A stretch of DNA of 64,000 nt from Spirulina sp. (GCA_044070495.1 JBIPSI010000015.1:83215-147214), one strand, 5' to 3'. Counted from the stretch's first letter, positions 21,596 to 30,832 are shown. Made by a program: numbers and translations. The notes: generated by a model not told the origin, from the letters alone.

Positions 21596-21628
21596 AAAAA
21601 AGGAGTAGCAATCCGCTACTCCTTTTTT
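21596..21628. terminator. Bidirectional rho-independent terminator
   Basis: AAAAAAGGAGTAGC-AATCC-GCTACTCCTTTTTT between convergent tsf and the CsbD-family gene. Confidence 0.85.
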
Positions 21629-21727
21629 GTATGTTTGAAGCCTAAACTGTTGCGGCTCAACTAGATTGCGGCTCAACTAAATCAAACCGTATCTAGGTCA
21701 GCAAATGCCTTTAGCTAAAGCTAGGAT

Positions 21728-21910
21728 CTAATCAATCACATCCTTGAGCTTATCCTTGGCATCTTCTTCGGCATGGGTAATGCGGGCTTCCGCCTGTTTG
21801 GCCTTACCCTCGGCCTGATCCTTAGGATCGCCAGTAATTTCGCCAACGGCAGCTTGAACCTTGCCTTCAATGTTTTTAGCCGTCGCCTGTACACGATCTT
21901 CAATAGCCAT
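21728..21910 (-). CDS. CsbD-family stress protein
   Basis: AKNIEGKVQAAVGEITGD...EGKAKQAE. Confidence 0.85.
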   Translation of the reverse strand: MAIEDRVQATAKNIEGKVQAAVGEITGDPKDQAEGKAKQAEARITHAEEDAKDKLKDVID

Positions 21911-22086
21911 AATCAGTCAGTTCCTTGGTTTGAACGTCCCTTACACCTTAGGCGTTCATTCCCTGGTTTCTCCTCTGCACAGCGATAGAAGCCTAGGTCT
22001 ACCCAACTGTATAGATTGAATGCATGGTTTTCCCAAAGTCCATTGATAACGCTCTAAAAAACGGTGCTCTATTCCCAATATAGGAG

Positions 22087-22455
22087 CTAGTCAACTCCAG
22101 AGTTCAGCAATCTGAAGCGATGGCCATCTTTGGTCACAACCACAAAGGCCTTCTGCAACGCTTCCATCGAGTATTGGGTGATGACTCGGCTCAACTCCCG
22201 GTGTACGGCATCCATTGTGGATGGCACCATCCGTAGGTAAATAACTCCTGTGCCCTGGGATCGCACAAAAACCAAAGTGCCATAGTCTCGATCCCGAGTG
22301 ATCAAGATTCGCCCTTGGGCTTGAGCTAAACTGAGGATGGTTTCATCTGTGGCTCGTGCCATTCCCAGGGATGAAACACGAACTAGGTCGTAGCCCTTGT
22401 CTTGCAAAAATCGTTCTGTCTTGGCATAGACATCTTGATCCAATAAAAACCTCAT
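22087..22455 (-). CDS. DUF5615/Mut7-C-like PIN-domain toxin
   Basis: MRFLLDQDV...ATDETIL...RILITRDRDYG. Confidence 0.8.
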   Translation of the reverse strand: MRFLLDQDVYAKTERFLQDKGYDLVRVSSLGMARATDETILSLAQAQGRILITRDRDYGTLVFVRSQGTGVIYLRMVPSTMDAVHRELSRVITQYSMEALQKAFVVVTKDGHRFRLLNSGVD

Positions 22456-22682
22456 ACCGCAGACGGAACAAGATTGATGTCCTCAGCCGCAATTAAAGCA
22501 ATGGCATAACGTAGACAAGCTTGGATATCTTCAACGGATAAGTCTGGATAGTAGTCGGTGGTAATTTCCCCAAAGGAAAGCCCTTCAGTCAACAGTTCCA
22601 GCACGTTTTGTACCGTAATGCGCGTCCCTGCCACACAGGGTTTTCCAAAGTGAATCTGGGAATCAACTGAGATTCTATTCAT
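22452..22682 (-). CDS. DUF433 antitoxin
   Basis: RISVDSQIHFGKPCVAGTRITV...YPDLSVEDIQACLRYA; ATGA overlap with PIN gene. Confidence 0.88.
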   Translation of the reverse strand: MNRISVDSQIHFGKPCVAGTRITVQNVLELLTEGLSFGEITTDYYPDLSVEDIQACLRYAIALIAAEDINLVPSAV

Positions 22683-22920
22683 ATCAGTACCCAATCCTAT
22701 TGAAAGAAACGTCTTCAAGCCGTTGGATTTAATCAAAAAAACTGAATACTGAAACCGTGGGTTTTAGGAAAGGAGAATGCTCCATTGGTCACTATCCAGC
22801 GGGTTTGCGATGCATGTAGTTTAGCGTAGGGTACAGGGCTTAAACTACAGATGCGATTCAAGGTCTTGCAGAAGACTCTGAGTGCGGCTTTCCTCGTCGT
22901 GAAACCTCGGTTCTGCTGAT

Positions 22921-22941
22921 GGTGGGCAGTGCCCACCCTAC
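22921..22941. repeat. REP-like palindrome
   Basis: GGTGGGCAGTGCCCACCCTAC (GTAG foot on minus strand). Confidence 0.75.
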
Positions 22942-22955
22942 AGGAACTCGGTGAT

Positions 22956-23741
22956 TTAATACTCCACAATCACCGGGGTATGGTCGCTGGGTTTTTCGAG
23001 GCGGCGGGGTTCGAGGTCGATGGTGCAGGCGGTAGCCCGCTCATACAGCGGGGGCGAAAGATAGTGATGGTCGATTCGCCAGCCCAGGTTGCGGCGGAAG
23101 GACGCGGCGCGATAATCCCACCAGCTAAAGTGTCCGCCCTCGTCGGTGAACTTGCGAAAGGCATCGGCCAAGCCCACGGAAAGCACATCCCGCAGGGTCT
23201 CCCGTTCCACCGGGGAGGACATAATGTGTTTCTCCTTGCCCTCTGGGTTATAGATATCTTTGTCCTCTAGGGCAATGTTGAAATCGCCGCAGACGTTGAG
23301 GTTGGGGTATTCCTGAAGTAAGGCCGCTAGGTACTCCTTCAAACAGGCCAGCCACTTCAATTTGTACTCATATTTTTCGCTGCCGATGGAACTGCCGTTG
23401 GGCACATAGAGGTTCACCACGTAGGTGTCGCCCCATTGTCCGGCAATGACGCGCTTCTGATCGTCCAAATCACCGACCCGGTCTTCCCCCAACACGGCGG
23501 CAAATCCCCGCTGCACATTTTCCATGGGCTGACGGCTGATCAGGGCCACGCCGTTGTAGGATTTTTGGCCATAGATATAGGTGTGGTAGCCCAAGGCCTC
23601 AAAGGCCGCCGCCGGAAAATCGGTGTCCACCACCTTGGTTTCCTGTAAACACAGCACCTCCACCGGGTTCGCCTGGAGCCACTGCACGGCATGGTCGAGG
23701 CGAGAGCGAATGGAATTGACGTTCCAGGTGGCAACTTTCAT
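22956..23741 (-). CDS. xth: Exodeoxyribonuclease III
   Basis: MKVATWNVNSIR, LCLQETK, GDFNIA, GWRIDH, SDHTPV. Confidence 0.95.
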   Translation of the reverse strand: MKVATWNVNSIRSRLDHAVQWLQANPVEVLCLQETKVVDTDFPAAAFEALGYHTYIYGQKSYNGVALISRQPMENVQRGFAAVLGEDRVGDLDDQKRVIAGQWGDTYVVNLYVPNGSSIGSEKYEYKLKWLACLKEYLAALLQEYPNLNVCGDFNIALEDKDIYNPEGKEKHIMSSPVERETLRDVLSVGLADAFRKFTDEGGHFSWWDYRAASFRRNLGWRIDHHYLSPPLYERATACTIDLEPRRLEKPSDHTPVIVEY

Positions 23742-23885
23742 GGCAGGCAGGGCGCAGAATCACAGTCTTCTAGCTTAAAGGGCTAATTGACCTAAAGGAA
23801 ATAAGAGTCTTTAGGGTGGTTTAAAAATTGGCCTCTATGCTAGGAGCATGCCGTACTGCGGTGTCCTGTCTTGAGGAAGTAGGCG

Positions 23886-25520
23886 ATGGCGAGTGTTTTT
23901 CGGCAATTGAAGGAAACCTTTGGTGGCTTTGGCACCGCGCTCACGGAGGAGGTGCGGGAGTCGGTGCGGGACACGCTGCGGGAGTGGTTAGAGGCCCATG
24001 GGGATAGCCTGCGACCCAAGCAGGGCGGCTTTAACGGCACCATGATGCAGTACTTCCATTGGTATACCCCCGCCGATGGCGAGCATTGGAATCGGGTGCG
24101 GGAAGAAGCTCCGGCCTTGGCGGAGGTGGGGATTTCGGCGTTGTGGTTGCCCCCGGCCTACAAGGGCATTGGCGGTGGCTACGATGTGGGCTATGGGGCC
24201 TACGACCTGTTTGATTTGGGCGAATTTAACCAGCAGGGCACCGTTCGCACCAAGTACGGCACTAAGGATGAGTATTTGGCCGCTGTGAAGACCTGCCGCG
24301 ACCTAGGGATTAATATCTATGCCGATGTGGTGTTTAACCACAAAATGGCGGCGGATTTTGAGGAAGAATTCAACGCCACGCCGATGGATCCCCAGAATCG
24401 CCATCGTCCTCTGGGGGACATGCGGCGGATTAAATCCTGGACGGGGTTTAACTTTCCGGGGCGGGGCAGCACCCATTCCAGCATGGCTTGGCACTGGTAC
24501 CACTTCGATGCCGTTGACTACAACAGCTACGATCCGAACTACAGGGCCGTATGGCTGATGGAGGGCAAAGCCTTTGAGGATAAGGTGGGCTTGGAATTAG
24601 GCAGCTACGACTATTTGATGGGCTGCGATTTGGATATCGACCATCCCCAGGTGCGGGGCGAGTTGAAATACTGGGGCGAGTGGCTGCTGGATACCGTGGG
24701 GGTGGATGGCTTCCGGCTGGATGCCATTAAGCACATCTGCGGCGACTTTTTTGTGGACTGGATCGACCACCTAGAAGCCTATGCCCAGCGGGATTTGTTC
24801 TGCGTGGGGGAATACTGGACCTACGACCTGAACACCCTGCGATGGTATGCGGGCAATTCTGGCGGGCACCTGAACCTGTTTGATGCGCCGCTGCACAACA
24901 ATTTCCACAGGGCCAGCAAATCCGGCGACCGCTACGACATGCGTACTATTTTCGACAACACCGTGGTGCAGGACATGCCCTTGCTGGCCGTCACCCTCGT
25001 CGAAAACCACGATACTCAGCCGCTACAGGCGTTGGAATCGGTGGTAGAAGCCTGGTTTAAGCCCCTGGCCTATGCCCTAATTTTGCTGCGGGCGGAGGGC
25101 TATCCCTGCATTTTCTACCCCGACTACTACGGTGCCCACTACAAAGACAAAGGCCGCGACGGCAACGAGTACGAAATTTGGCTAGATTCCCACCGAGCAA
25201 TCCTCGACCGCCTGCTGAAGGCCCGTCAGCACTTTGCCCATGGCCCCCAGTACGACTATTTCGATCATCCCAATCGGGTGGGCTGGACGCGGCTGGGCAC
25301 CGAAGCCAACCCCCGCGCCATGGCGGTGATGCTCAGCAATGGCCCCGGCGGCGGCAAGTGGATGGAGGTGGGGCGACCCAACACCACCTTCTACGACCTC
25401 ACGGGCCACATCCCAGATACCATCACCACCAACAACGACGGCTGGGCCGAATTCCGCTGCAACGGCGGTTCTGTCTCCGTCTGGGTGGAAGATCACCCCA
25501 TCCTGCGGGCATTTCGGTAG
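23886..25520 (+). CDS. Alpha-amylase (GH13, cytoplasmic AmyA type)
   Basis: NGTMMQYFHW, DVVFNH, GFRLDAIKH, GEYW, VENHDT. Confidence 0.93.
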   Translation: MASVFRQLKETFGGFGTALTEEVRESVRDTLREWLEAHGDSLRPKQGGFNGTMMQYFHWYTPADGEHWNRVREEAPALAEVGISALWLPPAYKGIGGGYDVGYGAYDLFDLGEFNQQGTVRTKYGTKDEYLAAVKTCRDLGINIYADVVFNHKMAADFEEEFNATPMDPQNRHRPLGDMRRIKSWTGFNFPGRGSTHSSMAWHWYHFDAVDYNSYDPNYRAVWLMEGKAFEDKVGLELGSYDYLMGCDLDIDHPQVRGELKYWGEWLLDTVGVDGFRLDAIKHICGDFFVDWIDHLEAYAQRDLFCVGEYWTYDLNTLRWYAGNSGGHLNLFDAPLHNNFHRASKSGDRYDMRTIFDNTVVQDMPLLAVTLVENHDTQPLQALESVVEAWFKPLAYALILLRAEGYPCIFYPDYYGAHYKDKGRDGNEYEIWLDSHRAILDRLLKARQHFAHGPQYDYFDHPNRVGWTRLGTEANPRAMAVMLSNGPGGGKWMEVGRPNTTFYDLTGHIPDTITTNNDGWAEFRCNGGSVSVWVEDHPILRAFR

Positions 25521-25564
25521 ATCGACGTCACTCTGAAGCCAAATTTCAAGCTGGATCTGAGGGG

Positions 25565-26050
25565 CTAGGGCTGGGATGGCAAAGGTAGCTCAATTCCTAA
25601 CTTGCCGCTCAGAACAACCACGTTATCCACAAAGTCGTTGGTGGCCGCTACCCCGCCTGCCACCCCACCTAACGCGAGGGTAGCCGCTGTGGCCAAAGCC
25701 GTCAGACGCTTTTTAAGTTTGGGCAAACTGCGCTGATCTTCGGGCTTCTGGATTTCAGCTTCCACATCGTCAATGTCGATGATGAGATCCTCTTGCACCG
25801 CTGGGGGAAACTGGGTGGCCATTTGACGCAAGCTAGCGATGATGGTCAACAATTCTGCGGTAGAAACGCCACTGCTTTGGTTCACCCCTGCCGCCACCAC
25901 CTGGGCCTGATCCTTGGCCTCGTTGACCACGTTGGCGATGTTACCCCCGTTAATCTGCGTGCCGATTTTATGGCCCGCTACCTTGTCGCCCATCACCTTG
26001 TCTCCAGCAATATTGTCGCCGCTGCCGTGTTGATAAATTGTGTTGGCCAT
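25565..26050 (-). CDS. Hypothetical protein, probable detached C-terminal domain of the Roco protein
   Basis: GAGGAGG RBS; starts NTIYQHGSGDNIAGDKVMGDK, matching the Roco C-terminus NTHQHGKGDNVAGDLVQGDK. Confidence 0.7.
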   Translation of the reverse strand: MANTIYQHGSGDNIAGDKVMGDKVAGHKIGTQINGGNIANVVNEAKDQAQVVAAGVNQSSGVSTAELLTIIASLRQMATQFPPAVQEDLIIDIDDVEAEIQKPEDQRSLPKLKKRLTALATAATLALGGVAGGVAATNDFVDNVVVLSGKLGIELPLPSQP

Positions 26051-26102
26051 GGTTAAGTCCTCCTCAGAAATCGTATGGCTAGGACAAGGTTGTGTTAAAG
26101 GA

Positions 26103-26369
26103 CTACGGAAAATAACGATAAAATTCGCGACGGTGCATAACACGCACAAAAAACACGATATCTTCTTCTAAAAACAATCCAATTCGATAGTCGCCTACCC
26201 GGATACGAAAGTAATTATCACCACCTTTTAGCTTCTTGAGGTTAGAGATCTCATCTAGACGCTCTGTCCGCTCTACAGACTCAATGACTTCTTTGATCTT
26301 TCTGAACAAGATCTTGTCGCTAGCCTTTCTCAGATCTTTCTCAAAGGTCTTGCGAAATTCAACCTTCAC
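26103..26369 (-). CDS. RelE/ParE-family toxin
   Basis: LKKLKG...YFRIRVGDYRIG...HRREFYRYFP. Confidence 0.9.
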   Translation of the reverse strand: MKVEFRKTFEKDLRKASDKILFRKIKEVIESVERTERLDEISNLKKLKGGDNYFRIRVGDYRIGLFLEEDIVFFVRVMHRREFYRYFP

Positions 26370-26575
26370 TCGTCAGACTCCAGGATGCTAAAAATAGCTT
26401 CCCGACTAACCGCATCAGAGTCTTTACCCTCATCAATGGCTTTAACCAAGGCCAAATCTTCCAGAGCTTCGGCCACCAGATCTTGAAATAAGTCGCGACG
26501 CTCCTGAAAAATCTCAAGAATTGCAGATTTAATCAACTCCTTGATTTGAGTTTCACTAAGGCTTGACTCCAGCAT
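26366..26575 (-). CDS. Putative antitoxin
   Basis: 69 aa acidic, EDLALVKAIDEG...VSREAIF; GTGA overlap with toxin. Confidence 0.8.
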   Translation of the reverse strand: MLESSLSETQIKELIKSAILEIFQERRDLFQDLVAEALEDLALVKAIDEGKDSDAVSREAIFSILESDE

Positions 26576-26618
26576 GGGATCTTGCTCCTTCAGTGTTGAT
26601 GGTGTTTAGCGTTTAGAT

Positions 26619-29291
26619 CTAGGGTGGGCCGTGCTTATCACCCTGTACCAGGTCGCCAGCTACATTATCGCCCTTACCATGCTGGTGGGTGTTGTCTTGC
26701 TTGATGTTGACGTGGATTCCCCCATAGCGTTCTTCAATGTCAATGCCGCGTTCTTTCATGTCGCGTTGGCGGCGGGCTTCCACAGATTCGTAGCCATCGA
26801 GGAGTTGGCGCAGATTTACCTTAATCCGCAGTTTGCCGATGGGGTAATCGACAATGCCCATGCCCTCTAATCCCAAAAGCTCTTGGTAATCCAGGGGCGG
26901 ATGGTCGGGATGGTTGGGGACGGGTACCCATTCGGTGACTTCTAAATCGGCGAAGCTCTTGTGGATGCGGGTGAAGGTGTCGCGGATGAGGGAGAGGAAG
27001 ACGCGGCGGGTGGTGTCTCGTCCGGCGATGGCGATGAAGATTTTTTTGTCTTCGGGGTCGGCTTTGATGCGGGCCATGTTGTAGACCTCGTCGCCCTCGC
27101 GGTAGGCCAGCATGACACCGCTGCGCCAGTGGATGTGGTTGTGGATTTTGTCGTGGCTGAGGACGATGAACCGCGACAGCACGCTCTCCGGCAGGATGCG
27201 GTAGTGGTACTGAAATTCTAGGGTGTCGCCCTCTAGGCGGATGTCTTCCGGTTCTTCCTTGGGCAGCAGACCGGGGATGAGGAAGCGAGGGCAGGGGCAA
27301 TCGGGCAGCGCAAAGCAGAGCTGAAATTCCTGCATCAGTTCGGTGAGGTAGCGGTGGCGTTCGGGGGGGTAGCGCTCTGGAGGCAGTACGCGGCTGAGGT
27401 CATCGTAATCGAGGAGGCCTTTGCCCTGGGTTTTGAGGGTGTCGTCGCTGAGTAGGGCGTAGATGCCCGTGGTCACCCAGTCGGGGTTGAGGACGTTGGT
27501 GTTTTGCAAAAAGGAATGGTTGCGAAAATTGAGCACCAGGCCCAAATTGTGCAGCAGGTCGATCAGTTGGGTTTGGTTCTGTTCTTCGGGAATTTGGTTT
27601 TGGTAGCAGATGCCGATGTATTCGCCGTAGCTAATAAAGTCTTTATCCAGGGCTTCAAGCTGTTCTTTGACCTGGAACCAGGAGAGGGGCAGCAGGTTAT
27701 AGACTTCTCGCAGTTTGCCGACTTCTGCGGTAATGGTGGCCCGCAGTTCTTCAATGCCTTGGCCACTCTGGCAGGAGGTTTCTAGGATGGCGCAAATGTT
27801 GGGATATTTTTGCCGCAGGGCTTTGCGGTTGATGTCTAGGGGTTGTTCGTCGCTTTTGTTGCCGACGATGATGACGGGCGATTCGCCGCCAAAGCTTTGG
27901 ATGAGTTTGAGCCAATATTCAATGCGGTTTTCTTCTTCGCTGGTGCGGCAGTTGCAGACGAGAATGTAGAGGCTGCGTTTGGTGAGAAAAAACTGGTGGG
28001 TGGCGTGGTAAATTTCTTGGCCGCCAAAGTCCCACACGTTGAGGCGCACGTCTTTGCTGTTGACATGAACGCCCCACTCTCGAACAGCAAGCCCATCGGT
28101 TTGAGATTCGTTGGGATTAAAGGCTCCCTCCATAAGTTGTTTGATTAGAGAAGTTTTGCCCACACTGCCTTGACCAACCAGCAGCATTTTAGCTTCGTTA
28201 AGAGGCTTAACTTCACCACTGCGGAGCTGGCGCAGATAGCCAAAGATGTCCTCCACAGAGCCGGGATCTTCATGCAGTTTCGACGATCCTAAAATTTCTG
28301 GGGAAATAGGCAGCGGATTTCGCCTTACATCTAAAGTTTTGAGCTTAGGTAGAGTTTCAAGCCATTCAGGACACTCAGAGATGTGGTTGATTTTTAAGTC
28401 GAGATTCTCCAGCCTAGAAAGTTGTCTAAGGCAGTCCGGAATTGTCGTTATTTGATTACCATAAAGTCGAAGACCAGTCAGATTAGAGAGAGATGTGATG
28501 CAATTTGGAATGGCCGTAATTTGATTATTTTCAAGCCAAAGTTCAGTCAGATAGTTGAGTTCGCCTATACAATTTGGAATTATCTTGATTTGATTGCCAC
28601 CGAGCCAAAGCATCTTCAGACTTTTGAGTTCACCTATAAAATTCGGAATCATTTCAATTTGATTACCATATAGCCAAAGTGTCGTCAGACTTTTGAGTTC
28701 ACTAATACAATCTGGAATTGTCTTGATTGGATTACCACTCAGCCAAAGTGTCATCAGGCTTTTGAGTTCACTAATGCAATTCGGAGTTGTCGTGATTTGA
28801 TTGCCACTCAGCCCAAGCATCGTCAGACTTGTGAGTTCACCAATACAATTCGGAATCGTCGTGATTTGGTTAAGATCAAGTCTGAGCGCTGTCAGATTTG
28901 TGAGATCACTAATGCAATTCGGAATCATCTTGATTTGATTGCCATGGAGCAAAAGTGTCGTCAGACTTGTGAGTTCACCAATGCAATTCGGAATCGTCGT
29001 GATTTGGTTAAGATCAAGTCTGAGTACTGTCAGATTTGTGAGTTTACTGATGCAATCTGGAATTATTGCTATTTGATTTCTCTCGAGCCTGAGTAACATC
29101 AGTTTTTTTAGTTCGCTAATGCCATCCGGAATTGTCGCGATTTGATTGCTACTGAGGTTGAGCTTTTGGAGATGAGTAAGTTTGCCAATTTCGGGGGGCA
29201 GTTCCGTCAACCCTTGGCCAGAAAGGTCTAGCTCTGTCCAGCCCTCGGCGGCGGCTTGGTCAATCAGTTGCAGCAGCTCATCTTGGGTCAT
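26619..29291 (-). CDS. LRR-Roc-COR (Roco) GTPase
   Basis: About 13 LRRs of 23 aa, P-loop GQGSVGKTS, WDFGGQE, VGNKSD, COR motifs LHNLG..VLNPDW; alternative ATG at 29300. Confidence 0.93.
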   Translation of the reverse strand: MTQDELLQLIDQAAAEGWTELDLSGQGLTELPPEIGKLTHLQKLNLSSNQIATIPDGISELKKLMLLRLERNQIAIIPDCISKLTNLTVLRLDLNQITTIPNCIGELTSLTTLLLHGNQIKMIPNCISDLTNLTALRLDLNQITTIPNCIGELTSLTMLGLSGNQITTTPNCISELKSLMTLWLSGNPIKTIPDCISELKSLTTLWLYGNQIEMIPNFIGELKSLKMLWLGGNQIKIIPNCIGELNYLTELWLENNQITAIPNCITSLSNLTGLRLYGNQITTIPDCLRQLSRLENLDLKINHISECPEWLETLPKLKTLDVRRNPLPISPEILGSSKLHEDPGSVEDIFGYLRQLRSGEVKPLNEAKMLLVGQGSVGKTSLIKQLMEGAFNPNESQTDGLAVREWGVHVNSKDVRLNVWDFGGQEIYHATHQFFLTKRSLYILVCNCRTSEEENRIEYWLKLIQSFGGESPVIIVGNKSDEQPLDINRKALRQKYPNICAILETSCQSGQGIEELRATITAEVGKLREVYNLLPLSWFQVKEQLEALDKDFISYGEYIGICYQNQIPEEQNQTQLIDLLHNLGLVLNFRNHSFLQNTNVLNPDWVTTGIYALLSDDTLKTQGKGLLDYDDLSRVLPPERYPPERHRYLTELMQEFQLCFALPDCPCPRFLIPGLLPKEEPEDIRLEGDTLEFQYHYRILPESVLSRFIVLSHDKIHNHIHWRSGVMLAYREGDEVYNMARIKADPEDKKIFIAIAGRDTTRRVFLSLIRDTFTRIHKSFADLEVTEWVPVPNHPDHPPLDYQELLGLEGMGIVDYPIGKLRIKVNLRQLLDGYESVEARRQRDMKERGIDIEERYGGIHVNIKQDNTHQHGKGDNVAGDLVQGDKHGPP

Positions 29292-29303
29292 GGGTGGCAT
29301 CTC

Positions 29304-29732
29304 TTAGACAATCAGATGAATCCAGGCGTAGGCATTACCCACAGAATTAACAAGGCGACGATCTGCCGTCCATAACTCAGCAGTTAATGTTTCAGCCAAG
29401 GCCAAATAGTGAGCGTCATAGGTCGCTGGCAGTGAGAATTGGTTTGCGATTTACCAAGCTCGCTTGTGTAAACTGGCATCACCATAAAGCTCAATATTTA
29501 AGCCAAGAGCAATCTCTAAGAACCCATGGGCAATCTCTAGAGAAAACTGCCCTGCTTTTGCCAGTCTATACAGGGCATTTGTAACTTTATAGAGAATAAG
29601 ACTAGGCGCTGAAATGCTTGTTCCAGCTTCTATCCAGCCATTCCAAAGAACATGATAGGGAGATTCTTCTGGATCTGAAATCAACAGCCGTACCACAAAG
29701 CTGGCATCCACACACACGTTATCTAGGCTCAT
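29304..29732 (-). pseudogene. VapC/PIN toxin pseudogene
   Basis: VDAS...; in-frame TAA at 29451-29453, after which the frame continues IANQFSLPATYDAHYLALAE...LWTADRRL to TAA 29304. Confidence 0.85.
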
Positions 29733-29992
29733 AGGATTGGAGGGTTCGACAAGATGCCGCTGAGAACAGTTTTATCGCGCTGCTCCCGTTCTTGGTGAAT
29801 CAACTCTGCGACGGGTAGGTCAGCCATGTCGGCTTCGTTAGATTGGCGCAGGCGTCGATGGAGGCTGCGTAGACGCTTTTGGCTGACTTTCCAGGCGGCT
29901 TTGCGATCCAGCTTGGTATACAGCAAGCTCCGTTCCGCCTCAGAAAGGGACTCGATGACCTGAAGAAGGGAGTCTACTAACTTTGTGTTCAT
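29729..29992 (-). CDS. Putative antitoxin (cassette 4)
   Basis: MNTKLVDSLLQVIESLSEAER...ELIHQEREQRD; overlaps the PIN start. Confidence 0.7.
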   Translation of the reverse strand: MNTKLVDSLLQVIESLSEAERSLLYTKLDRKAAWKVSQKRLRSLHRRLRQSNEADMADLPVAELIHQEREQRDKTVLSGILSNPPIL

Positions 29993-30006
29993 GGCCAAAG
30001 GTGCAG

Positions 30007-30180
30007 TGACTAAACCTATTGTAAGCTCCCTAGATAGTTAAGCTCCGTCCAGCCCTCGGCGGCGGCTTGGTCAATCAGTTGCAGCAGCTCGTCTTGGGTC
30101 ATGGGCGTGGGGGTGGCGGGTGTTTTTCCATTTATAGCGGCGTTTAGGGGCTGTTGGCGAGGTCAGAAACCCGGTTTCTT
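30007..30180 (-). repeat. Array repeat D: Roco promoter, stranded Roco 5' end and cassette head
   Basis: ATG 30102 reads MTQDELLQLIDQAAAEGWTEL, identical in protein to the Roco start; followed by ACTATCTAGGGAGCTTACAAT. Confidence 0.92.
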
Positions 30181-30195
30181 GAGCAGGTGCACTAC

Positions 30196-30594
30196 CTACC
30201 AGAGAACCTTGATGATTTCCGCGTCTCGCAGCATGGTGTCGCGGCTAATCAGGGTTGCTTCATAGAGTTTTGCGGTGGCCGCAATGATGCGGTCATGGAT
30301 ATCCCAGTGGCTAGGTAGCTCCAAAAGGCGTTGAAACGTGGGCAAATCGAATGGCACAATCGCGAAACCGTCGCCAGCTTCCAGACGAGCCATGACCTCT
30401 TCTATGCCAACCGGGACTCTCTGTCGCTGGGCAATGTATGTCAGTTCAGCCAGAACTAGCGTGGATACCAACACCTGAGCATCCCCTACCTCCGCAGCAC
30501 TCAGTACCTCGTGGGCCAAAGGTGAAAGCCGTGAGTCTTCAGCAATGAACCACGCTAGCGCATGGGTATCTGCAACAAAGGTATCCATGGACAA
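30196..30594 (-). CDS. VapC/PIN toxin (cassette 3)
   Basis: VADTHALAW...LAEL...DIHDRIIAATA...LISRD. Confidence 0.88.
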   Translation of the reverse strand: MSMDTFVADTHALAWFIAEDSRLSPLAHEVLSAAEVGDAQVLVSTLVLAELTYIAQRQRVPVGIEEVMARLEAGDGFAIVPFDLPTFQRLLELPSHWDIHDRIIAATAKLYEATLISRDTMLRDAEIIKVLW

Positions 30595-30599
30595 ATGGG

Positions 30600-30794
30600 C
30601 TATTCCTCGTAGGCATGGCTAAAAACGGCTCGCTGTGCCGCTGCAAAGTCATCCTCTGAAAAATCCACCCCTCGCCACAGCCCTTGAAGCTGAGTGGAGC
30701 GCGGCCCCACCTGGGTTTGCTGGAGAACCGTCTGCCGTAGATGTTCCAACTCTTGCTGCAAAGCCTCGATGCGGATAAGGAGGTAATGACTCAT
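30600..30794 (-). CDS. Putative antitoxin (cassette 3)
   Basis: 64 aa directly upstream of PIN; LQGLWRGVDFSEDDF. Confidence 0.7.
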   Translation of the reverse strand: MSHYLLIRIEALQQELEHLRQTVLQQTQVGPRSTQLQGLWRGVDFSEDDFAAAQRAVFSHAYEE

Positions 30795-30832
30795 ATCACG
30801 TCTGGCCCACGAATATTCTGAAAAAGCTGGCT

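Noticed and set aside
28320..29200. Diversity-generating retroelement acting on the LRRs
   Set aside because: No reverse transcriptase or template repeat in the window
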